From Gemmatimonadota bacterium (GTDB lineage Bacteria > Gemmatimonadota > Gemmatimonadetes > Longimicrobiales > RSA9), in contig JBBDRO010000005.1 of NCBI GenBank assembly GCA_040905425.1, forward strand, positions 1 to 13,052: a DNA stretch of 13,052 nucleotides, read 5' to 3'. This document shows positions 1 to 7,926 of this stretch, piece after piece. Within the stretch, counting starts at the first letter, position 1, and each line of letters starts with the position of its first letter. The notes under the pieces were generated by a model that saw nothing but the letters and a program-made list of their open reading frames with translations, was not told where the DNA came from and made no database searches. Both the position numbers and the translations under genes were made by a program.

Positions 1-546
1 CTGGCCGGGCCCGCCTACGTGGGCCCCGGCAGCACGCTCCTGGGCGGCAGCTTCGCAGCCGTGAGCATCGGCCCCGCGTGCAAGGTGCGCGGCGAAGTGG
101 AGGAGAGCGTCATCCTGGGCCACAGCAACAAGGCCCACGACGGCTTCCTGGGCCACGCCTACCTGGGCCGCTGGGTGAACCTGGGCGCGCTGACCACCAA
201 CAGCGATCTGAAAAACAACTACGGCACCGTCCGCATGTGGACCCCCGACGGCCAGGCGGACACCGGGCAGATGAAGCTGGGCTGTCTGCTCGGCGACCAC
301 GTCAAGACCGCCATCGGCACCATGCTGAACACCGGCACGGTGGCCGGCGTGGGCGCCAACCTGTTCGGCGGCATGCCCCCCAAGTACGTGCCGCCCTTCA
401 CCTGGGGCGCGGCCGCCGACGCCGGACCCTACGACATCGAAAGATTCCTCCCCGTTGCCGAGAAGGCCATGGCCAGACGGGACATCCCGCTCGCGGACGG
501 TATGCGCACCATCCTGCGGGGCCTCTTCGAACGGCGCGACGCGTGA
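1..546 (+). CDS. GlmU-like putative sugar nucleotidyltransferase/acetyltransferase, C-terminal left-handed beta-helix region (5' end outside window)
   Basis: Frame is open from base 1 (LAGPAYVGPGS...). Motifs GEVEESVILGHSNKAHDGFLGHAYLGRWVNLGALTTNSDLKNNYG and GDHVKTAIGTMLNTGTV are typical of the alternative bacterial GlmU-like family. TGA at 544-546. Confidence 0.8.
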   Translation: MAGPAYVGPGSTLLGGSFAAVSIGPACKVRGEVEESVILGHSNKAHDGFLGHAYLGRWVNLGALTTNSDLKNNYGTVRMWTPDGQADTGQMKLGCLLGDHVKTAIGTMLNTGTVAGVGANLFGGMPPKYVPPFTWGAAADAGPYDIERFLPVAEKAMARRDIPLADGMRTILRGLFERRDA

Positions 547-601
547 GGAGCCCCGTCCGCATCCGGTGTGAGCCGCGGGGCCGCGCGCCACGGCGGGCCC
601 C

Positions 602-1423
602 ATGAGGGTCACCGTGCTCGGCAGCGGCAGCGGCGGCAACGCCACCCTCGTGGAGGCGGGTGACTTCCGCGTCCTGGTGGACGCCGGCTTCAGCGGGCGG
701 GACCTGGAGCGGCGCCTGCGCAGCGTGGGAGCCGATCCGGAGACGCTCGCGGCCATCGTCATCACGCACGAGCACGGGGATCACACGCGCGGCATGGGCG
801 TGCTGGCGCGTCGCTTCCGCGTGCCGCTCCACCTCACCGAACGCACCCGTGCCGCGTGCGCGAAGCTGCTGAACGGCACCGAGGAGGTCCGCGCCTACGG
901 CCCCGCCACGCCCTTCCGCGTGGGTCCCTTCGAGGTGCGCCCCTTCCTCACGGTGCACGACGCCGTGGATCCCGTGGCCGTCACGCTCACACACCCCGAG
1001 AGCGGCTGCCGCCTGGGCGTGGCCACCGACCTTGGCCGTCCCAACGCCGGCGTACGCGCCGAGCTGGCCGGCTGCCACATGCTGGTGCTGGAGGCCAACC
1101 ACGACACCCCGATGCTGTGGAACGGCCCCTACCCCTGGTCCGTGAAGCAGCGCATTGCCTCCAGCCACGGCCACCTGTCCAACGAGGCCGCCGCCGAACT
1201 GGCCACGGAACTCCACCACGACGAGCTGGCGCACGTGGTGCTCGCGCACCTGAGCGTGCACTGCAATGACGGTGGGCTGGCGCGCGAAGTGGTGGGCCGG
1301 GCGCTGGAGCGCGCGGGCTACCGCGGCGCCCTTGAGGTGGCCGGGCAGCACGAGCCCATGACGCCGGTGGAGCTGCTGGAGGCCCGCCGCGCGCTAGCGC
1401 CGCCGCAGCTGCGATTGTTGTGA
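602..1423 (+). CDS. Metallo-beta-lactamase-fold hydrolase, YycJ/WalJ(VicX)-like, probable nuclease
   Basis: N-terminal LGSGSGGNA..LVDAGFS, HxHxDH metal motif (THEHGDH), HDAVDP, TDLG, LEANHD, GPYPW.VKQRI..HGHLSN and LAHLS..CN are all characteristic of YycJ-like proteins. Confidence 0.88.
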   Translation: MRVTVLGSGSGGNATLVEAGDFRVLVDAGFSGRDLERRLRSVGADPETLAAIVITHEHGDHTRGMGVLARRFRVPLHLTERTRAACAKLLNGTEEVRAYGPATPFRVGPFEVRPFLTVHDAVDPVAVTLTHPESGCRLGVATDLGRPNAGVRAELAGCHMLVLEANHDTPMLWNGPYPWSVKQRIASSHGHLSNEAAAELATELHHDELAHVVLAHLSVHCNDGGLAREVVGRALERAGYRGALEVAGQHEPMTPVELLEARRALAPPQLRLL

Positions 1424-1439
1424 CCACTCTGGAGAGCTG

Positions 1440-1718
1440 ATGCCACCTTTTTTCTTCCTCATGCCGATGCTGTTCTGGATCGTCATCCTGGGCGGCGGCT
1501 TCTATCTGGCTCTGCGATTCGTCCGTGCGCTGGAAGGCCGCGGTGCGGGCGGCGGGGCGGCCGCTGAGCTGGCGGAGCTGACCGAACTCCGCAGGCGCCT
1601 GGAGCGCATGGAGGAGGGGCTCGACGGCACCGCCCGGCGCCTTGACGCCATGGAGGAGGCCCAGGAGTTCACGACCCGGCTGCTGACGGAGGGCCCGGAG
1701 AACGCGGATAGCTCCTAG
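1440..1718 (+). CDS. Small membrane-anchored coiled-coil hypothetical protein
   Basis: GGAGAG RBS at 1431-1436 before ATG. Hydrophobic N-terminal helix (residues ~4-26), Gly linker, then heptad-like ELRRRLERMEEGLD..RLDAMEEAQEFTTRLL. GC3-rich codons. Confidence 0.75.
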   Translation: MPPFFFLMPMLFWIVILGGGFYLALRFVRALEGRGAGGGAAAELAELTELRRRLERMEEGLDGTARRLDAMEEAQEFTTRLLTEGPENADSS

Positions 1719-1882
1719 TGATGTGTCGCAGAAGTCACGTTGCATTCGGAACCGGCTGCATCCCAGCCAGCGTCGTTGCTCGTCGTCGGCATAGCTACGG
1801 CTATGCTCTCCTCCTCGCGCCTAGCTGGCCGGGCGCATCCGGCCCCTCGGTGCGACACGGGACTTCTGCGACACATCACTAG
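1715..1882. mobile_element. MITE-like non-autonomous element with perfect 22-bp terminal inverted repeats (CTAG-bounded)
   Basis: CTAGTGATGTGTCGCAGAAGTC (1715-1736) is the exact reverse complement of GACTTCTGCGACACATCACTAG (1861-1882). Internal imperfect IR 1752-1771/1824-1842. Central hairpin GCATAGC-TACG-GCTATGC at 1789-1806. No credible ORF inside. Confidence 0.8.
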
Positions 1883-1884
1883 CA

Positions 1885-2009
1885 CCGCGCTCACGGCCGG
1901 CCCCGCGCGCCACACACCTGCCGAAGTGCGGTCCACAGCCTACGCCACGCCCCACACGCCTACCGAACCGCGATCACCGCCCAAGCCATGCGCCACACCC
2001 CCTACGGGA
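1885..2009. repeat. Three degenerate ~42-bp tandem repeat units
   Basis: Units at 1885-1925, 1926-1967 and 1968-2009 end in GCGCCACACACCTGCCGAA, GCCCCACACGCCTACCGAA and GCGCCACACCCCCTACGGGA. Their 5' halves are also mutually similar. Confidence 0.55.
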
Positions 2010-2017
2010 CCTCGGGC

Positions 2018-2059
2018 TTGCGTGATTTATCGCTTATCGATATTATCGACAATCGATAT
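2018..2059 (+). promoter_or_regulatory. Sigma70-type promoter with overlapping tandem palindromic operator (TATCG-N5-CGATA x2)
   Basis: TTGCGT (2018-2023), 17 bp, TATTAT (2041-2046). TTATCG-cttat-CGATAT (2027-2043) and TTATCG-acaat-CGATAT (2043-2059) lie in an AT-rich patch directly upstream of the DUF2975/HTH pair. Confidence 0.7.
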
Positions 2060-2107
2060 TCATGACGCGCAGGAGGAACGATCCCAGGCTACCGTCCGGA
2101 CCGGGTC

Positions 2108-2716
2108 GTGGGTTGGCTGACCAGGCTCACCACCATCGCCTTTTTCTGGCTGGCCTTCGTGGGGGCCATCCTGGTGATCGGACTGCCGGCGGTGAAGCTG
2201 CTGGCCGGGGACGATCCTGACTGGGTCATCGGGCTCACGGTGCCGGCGGAGCTCGTGGACGTGGACGGCGCCGTGCTCACGCGCTGGGGTGAAGCCCGCC
2301 TCGAGGTCGAGGACGTGCAGGGTTCACTCAGGCTGCCGATTTCGATCCTCCCCTGGGGGCTCTTCGTCCTGCTGTGGGCCTACATTACGCTGCTGGGCGC
2401 GCTGATGCTCCTCTTCCTCCACAATTTGCGCCGCCTATTCCAGCGCGTGCGCGACGGCACCCCCTTCGACACGGCCAACGCGCGGCGGCTCCGCCGGCTG
2501 GGTGTGATCGCCCTCGCGCTCGCGCTGCTGAACGGCGTGATCGAAACCGTCACGTCGCTGGCCGTGCGCCCGGCCCTGGTCAGCAGCACCTTCAGTATTC
2601 CGACGGGGCTGTCCCTCGACCTTTCCATGGTCTTCTTCGGCCTCGTGCTGCTGGCCCTGGCGGAGATCTTCCGTCGCGGCACCGAGCTCGAGGACGAGCA
2701 GGCGCTGGTGATCTAG
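2108..2716 (+). CDS. DUF2975-family membrane protein (start uncertain; possibly 2081)
   Basis: Four hydrophobic segments. Family signatures LRRLFQRV..GTPF...NARRLRRLG and C-terminal LAEIFRRGTELEDEQALVI. Immediately followed by the Cro/C1 HTH gene that usually accompanies DUF2975. Confidence 0.85.
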   Translation: MGWLTRLTTIAFFWLAFVGAILVIGLPAVKLLAGDDPDWVIGLTVPAELVDVDGAVLTRWGEARLEVEDVQGSLRLPISILPWGLFVLLWAYITLLGALMLLFLHNLRRLFQRVRDGTPFDTANARRLRRLGVIALALALLNGVIETVTSLAVRPALVSSTFSIPTGLSLDLSMVFFGLVLLALAEIFRRGTELEDEQALVI

Positions 2717-2926
2717 ATGGGGATCCAGGTGACGCTCGATCGCGTCCTCGAGCAGCGTGGCATGACGCTCACGGAGCTCAGCGAGCGGGTGGGCATGACA
2801 CTCGCCAATCTCTCCATCCTGAAGACCAACAAGGCCAGGGCCGTCCGCTTCTCCACACTGGAAGCGCTCTGCCGGGAACTGGAGTGCCAGCCGGGGGACC
2901 TGCTCGTCTACGGGGAGCCGGACTGA
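2717..2926 (+). CDS. Xre/Cro-C1 family HTH transcriptional regulator (YozG-like)
   Basis: MTLTELSERVGMTLANLSILKTNKARAVRFSTLEALCRELECQPGDLL matches the YozG-type HTH. ATG directly abuts the upstream TAG (TAGATG). Confidence 0.92.
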   Translation: MGIQVTLDRVLEQRGMTLTELSERVGMTLANLSILKTNKARAVRFSTLEALCRELECQPGDLLVYGEPD

Positions 2927-3009
2927 GGGGTGCTTCGCGGCGGCGGCGCCGCCCGCGAGACCGTCCGCTCGGCTGGATGCCAGTGTCGCGCGAGGAGCAA
3001 TCCCGGCCG

Positions 3010-4464
3010 CTACAGCCCCAGCGCCCGCAGCACGTCGTTGCCGAGCGCCCAGGCCATGATGGCCAGCACGATGACGAAGCCCACCTGCGTCCAGCGCATG
3101 CGCGCCTCGAAGGAGAGGGCGCGGCCGCGCACGGCCTCGATGCCCAGGAAGACCAGGTGGCCGCCGTCGAGCACCGGAATGGGTAGCAGGTTCAGCACGG
3201 CCAGGTTCACGGAGAAGAGCGCCATGAAGCCCAGGAAGGCCTCCAACCCGAGGCGCGCCACCTGGCCGCTCAGCTGGCCGATGAGGATCGGGCCGCCTAC
3301 GTCCCGCGCGGACTGCTCGCCCTTGAAGAGGCCTCCCAGGAAATCCACCGTGAGCGCTGTGAAGGTCCATGTCCGGTCAGCGCCATAGACGGTGGCCCCC
3401 ACCGGTCCCAGCCGGTCGCGGGGCCGCGGCGGTAGCGCGGCAGCCACTTCGATGCGGCCTGCTTCCCTGCCCCCTTCCACCGTCTGGGCTTCGGGGGTCA
3501 CGCGGATGGGCACGCGCTCACCATCGCGCGCCACCTCCAGCGCCAGCTCACGCCCGGCAGCTTCCTCCACGAGCTCCTGGAAGGTGCGCCACGTCTCCAC
3601 GGGCCGGCCGTCCACCGCCACGATCACGTCGCCGGGCTGGAGGCCGGCACGGGCCGCCGGGCCGCCGGGAATGATCTGCGCCAGCTCGGCGGGGTGGTCG
3701 GCGGCGAACTGGCTGACGAGCATGGCCCGGGCGGTGTCCCCGGACGGCAGCGTAAGGTCCACCGTGCGGCCGTCGGCAAAGCTCAGGGTGGCCGCGCCGG
3801 CCGGCGCCGTCATGAGGCGCATTTCCAGCTCGGCCGCGTCATCCACGTCGTGCCCGTTCACGGCCCGCACCACGCTGCCGGGCGGCACCTCGAGCAACGC
3901 CTCCGTGCCCTCGGGGAGCAGCGCCTCGCGGAAGAAACCCACCTCGGCGGGACCCGCCTGCGGCACGCCCCAGATCATGGCGCTCGCGGCAAAAATCAGC
4001 CAGGCGAAGATGATGTTGAAGATGACGCCGGCCGAGATGACCATGGTGCGCGCCAGCAGGGACTTGGACTCGAAGTCGCGCGGATTCGGCGTGCGCCTGG
4101 CCACCCCCCCATCGGGCGCCATGGACGGTGTCTCCCCCTGCCCGTCCAGCCCGCCCTGCCCGTCGGGCTCACCCTTGCGGGCTGCCCCATCCTGCTCGTC
4201 AGCTGTGCCCTTCCGGTCCGCCCCGCCGCCCTCGATGGCCTCCATCTCCTCCATGCCCGCCATCTTGACGTAGCCGCCCAGCGGCAGGAGGGAGATCACG
4301 TACTCCGTCTCGCCCCGCGTGAAGCCGATCACACGCGGCCCGAAGCCGATGGAGAAGCGCGGCACCTCGATGTCCACGGCCTTGGCCGCCAGGAAGTGCC
4401 CCAACTCGTGCACGAAGATGAGGACGCCCAGCACCACGATCGTGGCCAGAATGGTGATCAGCAT
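3010..4464 (-). CDS. rseP: RIP metalloprotease RseP (site-2 protease, M50, PDZ domains)
   Basis: HELGH zinc motif, FSIGFGP, PLGGYVKMAG, PDZ signature GPAARAGLQPGDVIVAVDG and NLLPIPVLDGGH. Canonical position after dxr, with a 7-nt overlap. Confidence 0.96.
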   Translation of the reverse strand: MLITILATIVVLGVLIFVHELGHFLAAKAVDIEVPRFSIGFGPRVIGFTRGETEYVISLLPLGGYVKMAGMEEMEAIEGGGADRKGTADEQDGAARKGEPDGQGGLDGQGETPSMAPDGGVARRTPNPRDFESKSLLARTMVISAGVIFNIIFAWLIFAASAMIWGVPQAGPAEVGFFREALLPEGTEALLEVPPGSVVRAVNGHDVDDAAELEMRLMTAPAGAATLSFADGRTVDLTLPSGDTARAMLVSQFAADHPAELAQIIPGGPAARAGLQPGDVIVAVDGRPVETWRTFQELVEEAAGRELALEVARDGERVPIRVTPEAQTVEGGREAGRIEVAAALPPRPRDRLGPVGATVYGADRTWTFTALTVDFLGGLFKGEQSARDVGGPILIGQLSGQVARLGLEAFLGFMALFSVNLAVLNLLPIPVLDGGHLVFLGIEAVRGRALSFEARMRWTQVGFVIVLAIMAWALGNDVLRALGL

Positions 4465-5612
4465 TGCTTCTCCAGTGCATCCGCGGCGGTGGCCCGGGCC
4501 CAGCCGTCGGCCTCGAGCACGCTCTCGAGCGTGTCCGCCGCGCGCGGATCGTGCATGTCCAGGGTGGCGCGGATGACTTCCGCTACCCCCGTGAAGTTCA
4601 GGCGGCCCTCCAGGAAGGCCGCCACGGCCACTTCATTGGCCGCGTTGTAGACCGCCGGCGCCGTGCCACCGGCGCGTCCCGCCGCCTCCCCCAGCGCGAA
4701 GGCCGGAAAACGTTCCCGATCCACCGCCTCGAAGGTGAGCGGCCCCGCCGCCACTGGATCGAAGCGCCGCGTCCCGCTGTCCGCCACCCGCTCCGGATGG
4801 GAGAGCGCGTAGAGGATGGGCAGTTCCATGTCCGGGAAGCCCAGCTGCGCAAGCACGGAGCCATCCACCAGTTCCACGAAGGAGTGGATGATGGACTGCG
4901 GATGGACCACGGCCTCGATGGCGTCGTAGTCCAGGCCATAGAGGTAGTGCGCCTCGATGACCTCGAGCGCCTTGTTGGCCAGCGTTGCGGAGTCCACGGT
5001 GATCTTGGCGCCCATGTCCCATGTGGGATGCTTGAGCGCGTCCCTCGGCTCCGCCCCGTCCAGACGCTCCGCGCTCCAGGCACGAAACGGACCGCCCGAC
5101 GCCGTGAGCACCACCCGCCGCACGTCCGCCGTGCGCGCACCGCTGCCCGCCAGGCACTGCAGGATGGCGCTGTGTTCGCTGTCCACCGGCACGAGCTGGC
5201 CGCCGCCCGCGCGGAGCGCCGCCTGGACCAGCTCCCCGCCCGCCACGAGCGACTCCTTGTTGGCCAGCGCCAGCCGCTTGCCGGCACCGAGCGCGGCCAG
5301 CGTGGCCTCCAGCCCCGCGGCGCCCACGACGGCGTTCAGCACCACGTCGGCGTCCGGGTGGGCGGCCACCTCGAGCAGCGCCTCCGGGCCGGTGCGCACC
5401 CGCACGCCGGGGGCATCGGGGACCGGCCCGCCATTGGCCAGCACGGCCAGCCGGGCGCCGTGTGCGCGTGCCTGCGCGACCAGCTCCGCGCCGCGCGAAT
5501 GGGCGGCCAGCGCCACCACCCGGAAGCGGTCGGGATGGCGCTCCAGCACACGGAGCGCGCTCCGGCCGATGGAGCCGGTGGAGCCGAGTACGGCCACGCC
5601 GATCATGGCCAT
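4458..5612 (-). CDS. dxr: 1-deoxy-D-xylulose 5-phosphate reductoisomerase
   Basis: LGSTGSIG, LALANKESLV, PVDSEHSAI, LTASGGPFR, HPTWDMGAKITVDSATLANKALEVIEA, HPQSIIHS and NAANEVAV. Start is ATG 5612 (GGAG 6 nt upstream) or 5606. The longer 658-aa ORF extends into cdsA out of frame. Confidence 0.97.
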   Translation of the reverse strand: MAMIGVAVLGSTGSIGRSALRVLERHPDRFRVVALAAHSRGAELVAQARAHGARLAVLANGGPVPDAPGVRVRTGPEALLEVAAHPDADVVLNAVVGAAGLEATLAALGAGKRLALANKESLVAGGELVQAALRAGGGQLVPVDSEHSAILQCLAGSGARTADVRRVVLTASGGPFRAWSAERLDGAEPRDALKHPTWDMGAKITVDSATLANKALEVIEAHYLYGLDYDAIEAVVHPQSIIHSFVELVDGSVLAQLGFPDMELPILYALSHPERVADSGTRRFDPVAAGPLTFEAVDRERFPAFALGEAAGRAGGTAPAVYNAANEVAVAAFLEGRLNFTGVAEVIRATLDMHDPRAADTLESVLEADGWARATAADALEKQC

Positions 5613-6502
5613 GGGACGCTCCCCCCGATGCCCAGCACCCACGACAGGTACCAGTAGGCCACGGGGATGGAGAAGAAGAGCGAGTCGAAGCGGTCGAGGG
5701 CGCCACCGTGGCCGGGCAGCAGGGTCCCGGAGTCCTTCACACCGGCCTCCCGCTTGAACAGGGACTCGGCCAGATCCCCCACCTGGGCCACGACCGAGAT
5801 GAGCACGCCGCCGACGGCGCCCGCCACCACCCCCACCGGGATGGCGTGCCAGGCCTGCAACACGAAGGCCGCGTACGCCGCGCCGGCGAGGGCGGTTCCC
5901 AGCAGGCTGAACAGCGCGCCGGCGCGCGTCTTTCCGGGGCTCACCGACGGCATGAGCTTGGTGGTCCCCCACGCCCGGCCACCGAAGTAGGCCGCCGAGT
6001 CGCCGATCCAGGTCAGCGCGATGGGAAACGCCAGCAACGCCGCCCCGGCCCACCGGTCGGGCACGGCCGGGCCGCCCGCGTGGCTCAGGTCCATGTGGCG
6101 CAGGAGCACGGCGTAGCTCAGCGTGCCGCCCACGAAGACGGCGCCGAAGACCGTGAGCGCGGCGGCGCCGAGCGGGTTGGCGTCCACGCCGCGCAGCCAG
6201 ATGCCGGCCGCGGCCGCCAGCAGCACCAGGACATGCACCGTGGGCCAGGCATAGGCCGCCTGTGCCGCGGCCGTGCCGGTAGCGGTGGCCACCAGTACCA
6301 GGCCCGCCGCGAACAGGACGCCCGCCGCCTGAAAGGCCCGCACGCCGCGCGGCTCCGCCAGCAGAAAGAGCTCCCGGACGCACAGCGCCGCCACCAGCGC
6401 GAGCGCCAGGCCCAGCACCCACCCGCCCGCCCACAGCACGGCCACGGCCGCGGGAATACCCACGGCCGCCACGGCTACACGCTTGCCGAGGTCACCCGCC
6501 AT
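5603..6502 (-). CDS. cdsA: Phosphatidate cytidylyltransferase
   Basis: Multi-pass hydrophobic protein with DSAAYFGGR, SPGKT..G and GDLAESLFKREAGVKDSGTLLPGHGGALDRFDS signatures. ATG at 6502 preferred over GTG 6511. Confidence 0.95.
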   Translation of the reverse strand: MAGDLGKRVAVAAVGIPAAVAVLWAGGWVLGLALALVAALCVRELFLLAEPRGVRAFQAAGVLFAAGLVLVATATGTAAAQAAYAWPTVHVLVLLAAAAGIWLRGVDANPLGAAALTVFGAVFVGGTLSYAVLLRHMDLSHAGGPAVPDRWAGAALLAFPIALTWIGDSAAYFGGRAWGTTKLMPSVSPGKTRAGALFSLLGTALAGAAYAAFVLQAWHAIPVGVVAGAVGGVLISVVAQVGDLAESLFKREAGVKDSGTLLPGHGGALDRFDSLFFSIPVAYWYLSWVLGIGGSVPWP

Positions 6503-6532
6503 GGTGGCCACGCCTCGCCTGGTGGCCGCGCG

Positions 6533-7273
6533 TCACGACGGCGCGCTCACACGGCCGAAGCGGCGCTCCCGCTTCTGGTAGTCCGCCAGTGCGGCGAAGA
6601 GCTCCTGGCGCCGGAAATCCGGCCACAGGACCGGCGTGATGAAGAGTTCCGTGTAGGCCAGTTGCCAGAGCATGAAGTTGCTGATGCGCTGCTCGCCTGA
6701 GGTGCGAATGAGGAGATCGGGGTCGGGAATGCCCGCCGTGTAGAGGTTGGCGGCCACATGCTCCTCGGTGATGTCGGCAGGATCCAGTTCACCGGCCCGC
6801 ACGCGCTCCGCCAGCAGGCGGGCCGCCCGCGTGATCTCGGCGCGACTGCCATAGCTGATGAGCAGATTCAGGCGCAGGCTGGCGCCGCCGGCGGTGTGCG
6901 CCTCGATCCCCTCGATGGCGCGCCGGGCGGCCGGCGCGAGCCGGTCACGGTGACCGAAGATGCGCACCTCCACACCCTGCGCCTTGAGCTCGTCACGCTC
7001 CTTGATGACGTACTGGCGCAGCAGGCGCATGAGCGCCGAGACCTCGGCCGCAGGCCGGTTCCAGTTCTCCTGGGAGAAGGCGAACAGGGTGAGAATGGGC
7101 ACGCCCACCTCAATAGCCCCCTCGATGGTGTCCCGCACGGCGTCCATACCGGCCGAGTGACCGCGCACACGGGGCAGGCCGCGGGCCCGTGCCCAGCGGC
7201 CGTTGCCGTCCATGATCACGGCTACGTGCTCCGGGAGTGGTCCCGCCCGGAGGTCATCGAGGAAATGCTGCAT
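6533..7273 (-). CDS. uppS: Undecaprenyl diphosphate synthase (isoprenyl transferase)
   Basis: HVAVIMDGNGRWA, GH.AG, FAFSQENWNRP, SYGSRAEI, DPDLLIRTSGEQRISNFMLWQLAY and RERRFG. Confidence 0.97.
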   Translation of the reverse strand: MQHFLDDLRAGPLPEHVAVIMDGNGRWARARGLPRVRGHSAGMDAVRDTIEGAIEVGVPILTLFAFSQENWNRPAAEVSALMRLLRQYVIKERDELKAQGVEVRIFGHRDRLAPAARRAIEGIEAHTAGGASLRLNLLISYGSRAEITRAARLLAERVRAGELDPADITEEHVAANLYTAGIPDPDLLIRTSGEQRISNFMLWQLAYTELFITPVLWPDFRRQELFAALADYQKRERRFGRVSAPS

Positions 7274-7299
7274 GGGAGAGGTCCAGCAGAGGTGAGAGG

Positions 7300-7851
7300 C
7301 TAGACCTCCATCACCTCCTCTTCCTTCTTCTTCATGAGTTCGTCGATACGCGCTACGTGCTCGTCGGTGAGTTTCTGGACTTCGTCCATTTCGCGGCGCG
7401 CCACGTCCTCACCGATCTCGTGCTCCGCCTCGTGCTCCTTGATGGCCTTGTTGGCCTCCTGACGGGCGTGGCGCACGGCAATGCGCCCCTCCTCCGCCAG
7501 CTTGTGGAGCATGCGCACCAGGTCCCGGCGCCGCTCCTCGTTCAACGCAGGGATCGGCACGCGGATGACGTTGCCGTCGTTGGCCGGATTGAGGCCCAGG
7601 TCCGCGTTGCGGATGGCCTTCTCCACATCGGCCAGCACGCTCTTGTCCCATGGCTGGACGAGCAGCATGCGCGGTTCCGGCGCGTTCACCGTGGCCACCT
7701 GGTTCAACGGCACCTTGCTGCCATAAGCCTCCACGCGCACCGTATCGAGCAGCGTCGGCGAGGCCTTCCCGGTCCGCACCGACGTGAATTCGCGGCGCAC
7801 CGCCTCCACGGCGGCATCCATCTGCTGCCGTGCTTCACCGATCGTGGGCAT
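7300..7851 (-). CDS. frr: Ribosome recycling factor
   Basis: RTGKASP.LLD.V.VEAYG, QPWDKS, LGLNPANDG..IRVPIPALNEERRR and VQKLTD. GGGAGG RBS upstream. Confidence 0.97.
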   Translation of the reverse strand: MPTIGEARQQMDAAVEAVRREFTSVRTGKASPTLLDTVRVEAYGSKVPLNQVATVNAPEPRMLLVQPWDKSVLADVEKAIRNADLGLNPANDGNVIRVPIPALNEERRRDLVRMLHKLAEEGRIAVRHARQEANKAIKEHEAEHEIGEDVARREMDEVQKLTDEHVARIDELMKKKEEEVMEV

Positions 7852-7926
7852 TCATCCCCTCCCGTACCGTTTTTTTCGCAATGGCGGGGAGTCCCCGCCG
7901 CCGGCCGCAACTTAGGCAGGGTGCAG

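Noticed and set aside
1885..2009. Mini-CRISPR array
   Set aside because: The repeats are degenerate and the intervening segments resemble each other, so this is a tandem repeat rather than repeat-spacer structure.
1715..2120. ORFs 1715..1936(-) and 1740..2120(+)
   Set aside because: They run across the MITE, tandem repeat and operator with no recognisable protein features.
5613..6434. N-terminal extension or fusion on Dxr (658-aa ORF)
   Set aside because: It is an alternate-frame overlap with cdsA caused by scarce stop codons in high-GC DNA. The Dxr Rossmann motif begins right after ATG 5612.
7883..7899. Terminator between pyrH and frr (GGCGGGG-ACT-CCCCGCC)
   Set aside because: The hairpin is followed by an A-run rather than a U-tract on the coding strand, so it is at most a stabilising stem.
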